Source of the DNA: Squalus acanthias
Taxonomy: Eukaryota
NCBI GenBank assembly: GCA_030390025.1
Contig: CM059433.1
Coordinates: forward strand, 25,112,001-25,176,000
Direction: 5' to 3'
DNA: 64,000 nt
The translations under genes and the position numbers were made by a program. Of the stretch, positions 19,236-30,862 are shown piece after piece (the first letter of the stretch is position 1; each line of letters starts with the position of its first letter). The notes under the pieces are model-generated. The model was not told the origin of the DNA. It did not search any database and saw only the letters and a program-made list of their open reading frames with translations.

Positions 19236-21500
19236 ATACAAAAGCAAAATACTGCAGATGCTGGAAATCTGAAATAAAAACAGAAAATGCTGGGAATACT
19301 CAGCAGGTCAGGCAGCATCTGTGGAGAGAGAAACAGAGTTAACGTTTCAGGTCGATGACCCTTCGTCAGAACTGGAAAAAGCTGGAGATGTAACAGATTT
19401 TAAGCAAGTGTTGGGATAGGGAAAGGGGAGAGGGGAGGAAGGAACAAAAGGGAGGGTCTGTGATAGGATGGAAGGCAGGAGAGATTAAGAGAAATTAAGC
19501 GAGATTAAGAGATGGTGCAAGGCAAAAGGTAATGGTAATGGGACAAGTTAAGAAACAAAAGATGGCTCTAGATGAAGTGTAAATGGCACTGGCAGAATGA
19601 AAGACAGCTGCCATGTGGGAGAGAGAAAAAAAACAATAAAATAAAATAAATGGATAAAAAAGGATAGGGGCAGAGTTTATGGTCTGAAATTGTTGAACTC
19701 GATGTTGAGTCCAGAAGGCTGTAAAGTGCCTAATCGAAAGATGAGGTGCTGTTCCTCGAGCTTACGTTGAGCTTCATTGGAACAATGTAAGAGGCCGAGG
19801 ACGGTGAGGTCTGAGTGGGAGTGGAGTGGAGAATTAAAGTGACAGGCGACCAGAAGCTCGGGGTCACCCTTACGGACTGAACGGAGGTGTTCCGCAAAGC
19901 AGTCACCCAATCTGCGTTTGGTCTCCCCAATGTAGAGGAGACCGCATCGTGAGTAGCGAATACAGTATACTAAATTGCAAGAAGTACAAGTAAATCGCTG
20001 TTTCAACTGGAAGGACTGTTTGGGGCCCTGGACAGTGGGAAGGGTGGAGGTAAAAGGATATGTGTTGCATCTCCTTGCTTGCATGGGAAGGTGCCGGGCG
20101 AAGGGGAAGGGGTGTTGGGGGTGATAGAGGAGTGGACCAGGGTGTCGCGGAGGGAGCGGTCCCTTCCGAATGCTGAAAGGGGAGGTGAGGGGAAGATGTG
20201 ATTGGTGGTGGGATCATGCTGGAGGTGGCGGAAATGGCGGAGGATGATCCGTTGAATGTGGAGGCTGGTGGGGTGAAAGGTGAGGACAAGGGGAACCCTA
20301 TCGTGGTTCCTGGAGGGAGGGGAAGGGGTGACAGCAGAAGTGCGGGAAATAGACCAGACACAGTCAAGGGCTGTGTCAACCACAGTAGAGGGAATCCTCA
20401 GTTTAGGAAAAAGGAAGACATGTCGGGAGCACTGGTATGGAAGGTGGCATCGTCGGAGCAGATGCAGCAGAGATGGAGAAACTGAGAGAATGGAATAGAG
20501 TCCTTACAGGAAGCGGGGTGGGAGGAAGTGTAGTCCAGGTAGCTGTGGGAGTCAGTGGGCTTGTAGTGAATGTTTGTCAATAGCCTATCCCCAGAGATGG
20601 AGACAGAGAAGCCAAGGAAGGGAAGGGAAGAGTCAGAGATGGACCATGTGAAGGTGAGGGAAGGGTGGAAATTGGAAGCAAAGTGAATTAAATTTTCAAG
20701 TTCAGGGTGAGAGCAGGAAACAGCACCGATACAGTCATCAATGTACCGGTAAAAGAGATGAGGGAGGGGACCTGAGTAGGACTGGAACAAAGAATGTTCC
20801 ACATATCCCACGAAAAGGCAGGCATAGCTGGGACCCATGCGGGTTCCCATAGCAACACTTTTAATTTGGAGGAAGTGAGTGGAGTCAAAGGAGAAGTTGT
20901 TCAATGTGAGAACAAGTTCAGCCAGGCGGAGGAGGGTGGTGGTGGATGGGGACTGGTTGGGCCTCTGTTCAAGGAAGAAGCGGAGCGCCCTCAGGCCATC
21001 CTGTTGAGGGATGGAGGTGTAGAGGAATTGGACGTCCATAGTGAAAAGGAGGCAGTTGGGGCCAGGAAACTGGAAACTGTTAAAGTGGCGGAGGGCGTCG
21101 GAAGAGTCGCGGATGTAGGTGGGAAGAGACTGGACAAGGGGAGAAAAAATAGAGTCGAGATAGGAAGAGATAAGTTCCGTGTGCCAAGAACAGGCTGAAA
21201 CGATGGGTCTACCAGGGTAGTCCTGTTTGTGGATCTTGGGAAGGAGGTAGAAGCGGGCTGTGCTGGGTTGGGGAACTATGAGGTTGGCGGCCGTGGGGGG
21301 AAGATCTCCAGAGGAGGTGAGGTCAGTGATGGTCTGGGAAACGGTGGCTTGATGTTCAGTAGTGGGGTCATGGTCCAGGCGGAGGTAGGAGGAGGTGTCG
21401 GAGTGTTGGCGTTCAGCCTCCGCTAGGTAGAGGTAGGTTCGCCAAACAATAACAGCACCACCCTTGTCAGCAGGTTTAATAACAATGTTTGGGTTGGATC
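19236..21500 (-). mobile_element. Penelope-like retroelement (RT plus GIY-YIG endonuclease), 5'-truncated and frameshifted
   Basis: RT motifs MDVQFLYTSIP, AMGTRMGPSYA and YIDD (20398-21039); GIY-YIG motif NLVYCIRYSRCGLLYIGET (19677-20084). Confidence 0.93.
19337..19373 (-). ncRNA. Minimal type I hammerhead ribozyme in the Penelope terminal repeat
   Basis: Minus strand reads AGTT-CTGACGA-AGGGTC-ATC-GACCT-GAAA-CGTT-AACT: intact core boxes, stems I and II, and a palindromic stem III. Confidence 0.8.
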
Positions 21501-21915
21501 TGAGAGTACACTTTTTCTAACACTTTGCACTTGCCTCAGATACTCACCTCTCCACACTTGCACCCATCACTCACCTCCACAGCACACTTTTGGACCCCTC
21601 CGACCCCCGCAGACCCACTACTCGCCTCGGTGACCCTGGCGGGTTTCGGAGCCTTTGGAGAGCCCGCACTTGTGTGGGAAAAATGGGGATAATCCTATTT
21701 TCTGCCTGTTAACTACCTGTTAACTGGCAGTTAAGTGGATGTAATCCCTTCCCGCCTCCAAGGAGATGGGACCCGGCGCGGGACGGCTACCCGCCTGCTG
21801 GCAAGATGGCATGGAGGCGGGTTGGGGCGGGTTGGGCACCTGCCCCCAAATTCTGCCATTTTCCTGGCAGTTCCGCCTCCAAACCCGCCTCCCCAGGGCT
21901 GGCAAAATCGCCCCC

Positions 21916-22990
21916 AGAGAGTCGGGATAAATGAGTCATTTTCAGGTTGGCAAACTGTAACTAGTGGGGTGCCGCAGGGATCGGTGCTGGTGCCTCAACT
22001 ATTTACAATCTATATTAATGACTTGGATGAAGGGACCGAATGTAATGTAGCCAAATTTGCTGATGATACAAAGATAGGTGGGAAAGTAAATTGTGTGGAG
22101 GACGCAAAGAATCTCCAAAGGGATATAGATTGGCTAAGTGAGTGGGCAAAAATCTGGCAGATGGAGTTTAATGTGGGAAAATGCGAGGTTATCCACTTTG
22201 GTAGGAAAAATAAAAAAGCAAATTATTATTTAAATGGGGAGAGATTACAAAATGCTGAGGTACAGAGGGATCTGGGGGTCCTTGTACATGAATCACATAA
22301 AGTTAGCATGCAGGTACAGCAAGTAATTAGGAAGGCAAATGGAGTGTTGGTCTTTATTGCAAAGGGAATGGTGTATAAAAGTAGGGAAGTCATGTTACAA
22401 CTGTACAGAGCGTTGGTGAGGCCACACCTGGAGTACTGCGTACAGTTTTGGTCTCCTTATTTAAGGAAGGATATACTTGCATTGGAGGCAGTTCAGAGAA
22501 GGTTCACGAGGTTGATTCCGGAGATGAAGGGGTTGTCTTATGAAGAAAGTTTGAGCAGGTTGGGCCTATACTCAATGGAGTTTAGAAGAATGAGAGGGGA
22601 TCTTATTGAAACATATAAGATTCTGAAGGGGCTTGACAGGGTAGATGCAGAGAGGATGTTTCCCCTGGTGGGGGAATCTAGAACTAGGAGGCATAATTTC
22701 AGAATAAGGGGGCACCCATTTAAATCGGAAATGAGGAGGAGTTTCTTCTCTGAGGGTCATGAATCTTTGGAATTCTCTTCCCCAGAGAGCTGTGGAGGCT
22801 GGGTCATTGAATATATTTAAGGTGGAGATAGACAGATTTTTGAAAGGTAAGGGAGTCAAGGGTTATGGGGAACGGGCAGGGAAGTGGAGTTGAGGCAAGA
22901 TCAGATCAGCCATGATGTTATCGAATGGTGGAGCAGGCTCGAGGGGCCAAATGACCTACTCCTGCTCCTACGTCTTATGTTCTTATGTTC
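21916..22990 (+). mobile_element. CR1 LINE, 5'-truncated (RT C-terminal part and 3' UTR)
   Basis: SGVPQGSVL, KFADDTK and RPHLEYCVQFWSP motifs; TCTTATGT tail. Confidence 0.95.
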
Positions 22991-24257
22991 TATTTATGAA
23001 GCCCATGACATATCTATGACATTTTCCTTTGATGTAGTCAACATATGGTGCATAAAGGAGCATGGTTTTCAACTGTAATTCAGAGGGCTTGAAAGATGGA
23101 GAATCAGAAAAGCCACTCTCTGTATACAGTTTGGCTGATCACCTTTACTGTGTATCAATAAAGTCTGTTCTGTATACTCCCATCACTTTTGCTATTCCTA
23201 GATGCAGCAGTCCCCGCCTCTATTTAACTGCTGGGTTTCACAAAATGGACGGGGAAAAAGAGGCTTCCAGCCTCATTACAATATTTAAATTGAGGTAACG
23301 CCCCCAGGAGTGGGTTGGTCGCCTGCACCACCCCACCCCACCCTGTCACCCCTCCGGCAAAACTGGAAGTGGGCGGGTTGGAGGCGGGATCTGGTCGGGA
23401 ATCCCTTTTTTAACAATTTAACTGCCCCCACGCTCCAAACCCACCCATTTTTTTTCGGGGAAAATTCTGGCCTATAAGTTAAACATAGTAACGTCCTTGA
23501 TTGCCATTGGCAATGCTCTCCCTGTGGTTGAGGTTGTCTACAGGTCAGCTTGCAGCAGCTAGCACAACTCTGGTAAACCTTAACCTGCAAAGACACTTTA
23601 CAAGAAAATGATTACAGTTACTTATTCAATAGGATTTTCTGTGTTTGACATGTCTCTAATAATAGTTTTGACCAGAAGCTTGTGTCTAGAGAAGCCTGAG
23701 GCTTTAATTCAGTGAGCTTCCCAGAGCTGTCACAGTCAACTGAAGAAACTCAGCAAGTTGCAGTCCCAATATGCATCTGTACCTATAACCCCCAGAATTT
23801 GTTTAAATCATTGACAACTTTCACAGTGTGTGCCAAGACTTGCTGTTTGATAGCCCCATGCCTCCTCTACTCTTCCCTATTGCTGGAAATTAAGGAGCAC
23901 ATAATTCCCTCAGGAAATCACCTTTAGCAACAGTAAAAGTGATGGGAATTTTCTTTTTTTTTGGTATAAAATATCAAAGCATGAAAAGCACAAACTCTTT
24001 CAACTTTTTGTGATAACTATACTGAAAAAAGTTTAGGGTATTGTATTCAAGAGTCATTTACATAGAATTACATACAATTGTATAGAATTTACAGCACAGC
24101 AACAGGCAATTCGGCCCAACTGGTCTGTGCCGGTTTTTATGCTCCACATGAACCTCCTCCCACTCTACTTCATCGAACCCCATCAGCACATCTTTCTTTT
24201 TTACATTGCAAATACAGCATCTTATATGAGGGCACGCCAAAAGAAACCTTGCAACTT

Positions 24258-24570
24258 ACATAGGATTACATCGGATATATAGCACAGAAACAGGCCATTC
24301 GGCCTAACCAGTCCATGCCGGCGTTTATGCTCCACACGAGCCTCCTCCCGTCTTTCCTCATCTAAATCTATCAGCATAACCCTTTATTCCCTTCTCCCTC
24401 ATATGCTTGTCTAGCCTCCCCTTAAATGCATCTACACTATTTGCGTCAACCACTCCCTGTGGTAGTGAGTTCCACATTCTCAGCACTCCTTGGGTAAAGA
24501 AGTTTCTTCTGAATTCCCTTTTGGATTTCTTGGTGACTATTTTATATTGATGGCCTTTAGTTATACTCCA
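24258..24570 (-). mobile_element. CR1 LINE 3' fragment
   Basis: RRNFFTQGVLRMWNSLPQ plus a 3' UTR with short tandem tail. Confidence 0.8.
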
Positions 24571-25134
24571 CATATAATTTGTCGTGGAATAATTTTAATT
24601 TATATTTTATAATGAATTCTGAAGGTTGCATTTATTTCACTTATGTGTGTTTGAAAGAGGGCTCAAAGCAATTTTCAAAATAAGAAAATAATTAACATGT
24701 TTAAATTTTGGAAGGGCTTGTGTGAATATTTGAGTTTGCAGTGAGTTTCTGAATAAATGTCCTGAATTTAAACAGATTTGTTTAAGCAAAACCTTTCATT
24801 AACATTAAGTACTGTTTTACATTTCTGGGCCCACTATAGACACCCACACTCTGCACAGATGGAACTGAGTTTCCATTCGATATTTTAGGCAAAGAATTAT
24901 TCCCCTGTGAGTCATGTGCAGATTTATTTACTAATGGGGTTGAATTTCTTTGGGGCTTCTTCCGTTCCACCGCTGGTAGTTTGGCGGACACTCCATTTAC
25001 GCGTATAAATGGGGTTTGTGCCGAACTTCTGCCGAAGTTATGGAAGCAGAATGGACAAAGCCCTGAAGAAATTCTCGGCATTTACAGGAGGAACAAATGT
25101 ATTGATTTATCAAATTGCAGCAGTTAAAAGAAAG

Positions 25135-25430
25135 GAAGAAAAGAAAGACTGGCATTTATATAGCACCTTTCACAACCTCTAGACATCCTAAAGCGCTTTA
25201 CAGCCAATGAAGTACTTTTGAAGTGTAGTCACGGTTGTAATGTAGGAAACGCGGAAGCCAATTTGCGCACAGCAAGCTCCCACAAACAGCGATGTTATAA
25301 TGACCAGATAATCTGTTTTTAGTGATGTTGGTTGAGGAATGAATATTGGCCAGGACACCGGGGATAACTCCCCTGCTCTTCTTCGAAATAGTGCCATGTG
25401 ATCTTTTCCGTGGGTCTTGGTTTAATGTCT
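25135..25430 (-). mobile_element. SINE 3' part, DeuSINE/SacSINE1-like
   Basis: Minus strand ends ...GTAAAGCGCTTTAGGATG...AAAGGTGCTATATAAATGCCAGTCTTTCTTTT, an L2-type SINE tail. Family recognised from memory. Confidence 0.65.
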
Positions 25431-26719
25431 CGCATCAATCAAAAGTCATACTTCACTGGCTCAGACTTACCATGAGCAATGCCACAGGTGAACTGCTAGT
25501 ATTGGAACATTTGCTCATGACACCAAACTATCCAGGTAAGTAGTGTAGGGAATATTGATAACAATCACTGAAAATATCTGGTCAGCACAAAATCAAGTGA
25601 TTCGGTGCACCTTAAGACAGTCTATTTTAAACTTGCATAAATCATTGCTTGGGTCACAGTTGGAATATTAATTCAGTCCTGGGAATCATAACTTTCAAAG
25701 GACATTGATACATTGGACTGGTTTCAGAGAAGGTTAACAAGGAACAATTCCTGCACTTGAATGGTGAGGCCCGAGGCTCTTCCGATGTTGGGCCTCGGAC
25801 CTCATTACCATTGAGCCAGCGAGATGCAGACAGTAACATAGAATTACATTGAATATACAGCACAGAAACAGGCCAAAGCTTCCCTGGCCCTCACAGTGAG
25901 CGTGAGGCAGTGTGATACTGGCTTTAGTGATTAATCATACGGTAAGACCAGAGTCACTGGCACTAATGATAAACCTGCCCTTTGGGCCCTTGTTGGCCAC
26001 TGAACAAGAGCATCTTCACTGAGTGCCAATCCCTCCCCTTTTGTTACTGGTGCCAGTAGGTCTAACAGTGGCCATTAAAGCAAACATGTCACAGCCCCAG
26101 TCTTGAATAGCATCCGAACATTGTAAAAGGTACTTATATCAGATTAGAAAAATAGCTACAGCGCTTCCACTTCTCACCCAGAGACCTCCTCTCTGTCTGT
26201 AGCCCACGTGCTGCCTTGTCTCCCGATGGCCGAGTCTGCCCCTGCACAGGTGCAGGTGGAGTAGTTTTTAGCAGGGTCCTCATGGGCTCCAAAACACAGA
26301 GGACGCTGGCCAAGAGCATCTCAACAGTCAGAGCAGGGATCTGAGCAGCCTGCCTCTACCTCTGCTGAAGCCACAGGGGTTGCACCATGTAGAAGCAGCA
26401 GGAAAAGGAAGAGTAAGGCTTTGTAGTTGCACAAGGGTGTCTGAGAAAATGTTGTGTCAATAAGTTTCTGTTCTTTATTTAGCTCATATAAATGTTATTC
26501 TTTTTCATCACTTTCCTGTCTTGTCCATTCTTGGGTGCTGGGTGGTAAGTGGCCTTGTAACTTGTTTGATGATGAATGGGAAGACATGAATTGATGGGGA
26601 CCTATGGGAAGATTATCAAAGGATTGTTGGTTGGTTGCAGGACTGCTTTGTGTCAGTGGCATTGGGGGGGAGCATGAAGAGTGGTGATTGCATTTCCTTG
26701 TGACATGTCCACTAAGTGA

Positions 26720-27460
26720 ACTTTGCATTAATAAGGGTCCCTGGCATCCCGGGCAGCAATGTGAGCAGCTGGGGGTGTATTGCCCTCATCACCCTTCTCC
26801 TCCTCCTCCTCCTCCTCCTCTTCTTCCTCTTCCCCTTCTGAATCGTCCGAGGAGGATCTGAGCTGTTTGCCTTGATCCTCCTGCAGGTCCAAACCTCGCT
26901 GCTGGGCAATGTTGTGCAGAGCGCAGCACACCACAACCATTCTGGAGACCCTGGCTCATGCGTACTGTAGGTCGCCTCCAGATCTGACCAGGCACCTGAA
27001 GCGCATCTTCAGCATGCCGATGGCCTGTTCAATCACACATCTGCTGTGATATGGCATTCATTGTAGCACTGTTGGGCTTCAGAGGTCAGGTTTCTGACGG
27101 GTGTCATGAACCAAGTTTGAAGTGGGTATTCCTTGTCCCCTAGCAGCCACCCCTTAAGTCTGCTTCCAGGTGCGAAGACATCAAAGAGGTTGGACTGCCA
27201 CAGGATGAAAGCATCATGGTAGCTGCCCGGGAATCATGCGCACACCTGCATAAGATCTTTTTGTGGTTGTACACCAACTGCACATTGATGGAGTTGACGA
27301 ATACTCTTGGTTTTCTGGGGGTGGCCAGATTACCATGTATGTGAAGTCGATGATGCCTTGTACCTGTGGAAGCCAGCCAGAACCACATACCCGATGCCCA
27401 CTCATTCTGACTGGCATTATCACAGGCAAAGTTCACATAATTGCCAGCCCTGGCATTGTT
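26720..27460 (-). pseudogene. Degenerate Harbinger transposase
   Basis: LPQVQGIIDFTY, SINVQLVYNH and VVVCCALHNIAQQRGL motifs with a poly-Glu tail. Confidence 0.85.
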
Positions 27461-27867
27461 AATTGCTTTGCTAACCTGAGATGCTGCTTTTAATGATTTG
27501 TTCACCTGTATCCCTAGATACCTTTGGTCCCATTCAGTTTCTTATTTTCTAGGGTGTAGGTGATGTTTCTATTTTTCCTACCAAAGTGCATCACCTCATT
27601 TTTATCTTTGTTAAAGTTCATTTGTCACTTAGCTGCCCAGTCTGCAATTTTTCTAATGTAACAGGCCGATCCGATCTTTTCCGGGAAATTTCACAACGGG
27701 AACATTGACGTGTGAAATGGTGTAATTTATGGTGCTCGTCACCATTCTAGGAAATTCTGGGCTACAAGTCAGAGAAAGTTGTGATAAAACTCTATAGTGC
27801 TCTGGTCAGACTGCACCTTGAATATTGCAGCCAATTCTAGTTGCTGAGAAACAAGGGAATCATTCAA

Positions 27868-28045
27868 GTTGAGTATATTCAAGGCTGAGATCGATAGATT
27901 TTTGGACTCTGGGGGAATCAAGGGATATGGAGATCGGGTGGGAAAGTGGAGTTGAGGTCGAAGATCAGCCATGATCTTATTGAATGGTGGAGCATGCTCG
28001 AGGGACTGTATGGCCTACTAATGCTCCTTATTCTTATGTTCTTAA
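27868..28045 (+). mobile_element. CR1 3' end
   Basis: Same 3' UTR as 22800-22990, with TTCTTATG tail. Confidence 0.75.
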
Positions 28046-28315
28046 GTGCTGGAGGTAGTACAGAGAAGAGCCACAAGGCTGATTGCTACTGTCAGGAGTT
28101 GAATTATGAGGAAAGACTGGAGAAACACGAGCTTTTCAGCCAAGAAAGGGAGCATCGGCTAGGTGATCTTATAGAGGCATATAAGTTAACTCAGAATATT
28201 ACTTAAATTAAACTGCGGGAGTAGAACTCGGCGACACAGATTCAAACTATTAAAAAGTTAACTTTACTGACATACAAAAATGACCAGCTGGTCCATCTAG
28301 CCGGTCCCATACTTT

Positions 28316-28590
28316 GGAACATAGGAACAGGAGTCGGCCATTCAACCCCTCGAGCCTATTCTGCTATTTAATTAGATTACGGCTGATCTGTATCTTAACT
28401 CCAGCTACCCGCCTTCGTTACGTGATCCTTAATATCCTTGCCTAATAAAAATCTAGCAATCTCAGTTTTGAAATTTTTAACTGACCCCCAGACTCGACAG
28501 CTTTTTGGGGGAGAGTGTGCCAGATTTCCACTACCCTTTGTGCGAAGAAGTGCTCCTGATATCACCCCTGAATATCCTAGTTCTAATTTT
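28316..28590 (-). mobile_element. CR1 3' end
   Basis: GGAACATAGGAACAGGAG...GGCCATTC tail on the plus strand, similar to 18835-19140. Confidence 0.7.
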
Positions 28591-28975
28591 TGATGCCTTA
28601 GGTGCTATGTAGTCTTCTGGGAGAGTTGAAAAAACAGATCAAAAACCTAAGGCTAATTAGCGAAAATAAATCTTGAAAATTAATTTCCATTTTCGAAACT
28701 AGTCCAGAAAATCACATTGACCATGACTTATATTCATTAGTTTCTACCTCTGCCCTTGCCAGTAACCGGTCTGGCTCTCTCATAAAGGTACACAGTGAAT
28801 TAACACTCACCACACAAGCCTGTTCCACAGATCTACTATTCTCTGGGAAAAGAAGAACCGCCTAACATCTAACCTATTTCTTCCCTCATGTCATTTATAT
28901 GCATGACCCCTGGTCCTCCACACCTTATCAAATTGAAATAATTTGTCAGAGTGCACACAGTCTAGTCCCTACATT

Positions 28976-29719
28976 GGCCCAGAAATTGATCTCGCTCTGT
29001 TCCCGCGGGGGTAAGCCTTTCCCGCGATGTCTCACCTCGCTTATGCTTTTTCTGATCCAGCTCGCACGAAATTGATGTTCCAGACATCAGCTGTGCTGGG
29101 CTTGCGTATCCCAGCGGCGTAGTTAATTCGTGCGAGCTGTGGGATCACGTGACTCAGTTAGAGCCAATGGCAGCACACCATCTTCCATTCATAAGTCTCA
29201 CAGCATGGCTGTGAGACTTATGAATCTTACACCCCCCCAAAATAACAGCTAAACCTCAATTAAATTTTAAAAAAAAACCATCACATTAATAAAATAAGTA
29301 TAGTTAATTAAATTAACCATTTTAAATAAAAAATTAAATTTTTGAAAAAATTTAAAATCTTTTAAAAAGTTATAAAAATAAACTTACCTGTCTTTAAAGT
29401 CTATAAAAAAGATATACCTGTAAAAAAAAATTCAAAAAAATACTTAATTCACTACTTACCTTCTTAAAAGCGGGTCTTACTCCTCCTTTTTACATTTCCA
29501 AAATCTTCCCTACTTACCTGCGCGTCCAAAGCATGAAGTGCACAGCGTGCGCGCAGCCTGTAGCGCGCACGCGATGCAGCCAGGCCCCGCCCCCTTTTCG
29601 GAAGAGCAATTGCCGGTTTTCAGCGCATGCGCAGGGCATGCAGAAAACCGGCAATTGGAGTGGGAATACGCGAGAGTATGCAGTGCGTACTCTCGCGTCC
29701 CGGGATCAATTTTCGGCCC
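28976..29719. mobile_element. MITE with AT-rich core
   Basis: Termini GGCCCAGAAATTGATC and GATCAATTTTCGGCCC, ATT on both sides. Confidence 0.7.
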
Positions 29720-30309
29720 ATTATTTAATAGACCTCAGTCAAATCACCCCTGGGTCTACACTTTACTGGCTGTTCAGCATGTTCCCACACACTGCACTGT
29801 AATGATTACTTTTCCTTCTGTTCTCTCTGTTACCATGGGTATGCGGTCTAATTGGACCCCTTCCAGGACCCATTCACTGCACTTCACACATTCCAGGTGA
29901 AAATTGAAATGGTCTTCCTGTCGGGTGTTTTACCAGCACTCTGGAATCTCAGTCGAATCCTAGCTTGTTTTGATTAGAGGGTTTTGATTAAAGGGCTGCT
30001 TTTTTTGGATAAAAATATATATTTTTAAATTACGATCACAACACAAAATAAAACTACAAACATATATGAGTAAAGAGTGACGGTAGAGATGAAATTCAGT
30101 ACAGCCCGTGCAAGCTACGGTACATTGAAAGATGGATTTCGTCTGTTTACGATGAGTGGTGGAGAAATGACTAAACATGAAGTTTCAAGTAATCTAATGG
30201 TGATTGAGGTCGAGCACCAAACGAGTGAGCAACAATAAACAAAGTGAATCAAATGCTGAATTATATTACTAAATCAATGGAAAATCCCATGCTAAAACTA
30301 CCTAAACTA

Positions 30310-30858
30310 TACCGTGAAGATTGTGCTCAGTTTTGGTCATAAGGAAAACTGAAGAGCTCGAGTATAAAAAGGATATACAGGCACGGGAGAAGGTGAAAAA
30401 AAGATTTACTAGAATTATACCAGAACTGAGAGGTTATACTTATTAGGAAAGATTGAACAGACTGGGACTCTATTCCGTAGAAAAGAGAAGACTAAGGGGT
30501 GACCGGATAAAGGTCTTCAAGATTATGAAAGGGTTTGATATGGTAGTCGTAGAGAATCTGTTTCCACTTGCGGGAGAGACCAGAATGAGGGGCCATAGTA
30601 TAAGATTATCACTAATAAATCCAATAAAGAATTCAGGAGAAACCTCTTTACTCAGAGAATGGTTAGAATGTGGAACTCACCACCACATGGAGTGGTTGAG
30701 GTGAATAGCAGAGATGCTAGATAAACACAAGAGGGAGAATGGAGTAGAAGGATATGTTGATGGGGTTAGATGAAGAGAGGTTGGGAGGAGGCTCGTATGG
30801 AGCGTAAACAACTGCATGGACCTGTTGGGCCGAATGGCCTGTTTCTGTGCTGTAAAAA
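30310..30858 (+). mobile_element. CR1 LINE 3' fragment
   Basis: NRLGLYSVEKRRLRGDRIKVFKIMKG. Confidence 0.85.
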
Positions 30859-30862
30859 CTTT

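Noticed and set aside
21735..21915. N-terminal extension of the 361-aa ORF as a novel RT fusion
   Set aside because: Chance in-frame run from an adjacent MITE end into a 5'-truncated CR1.
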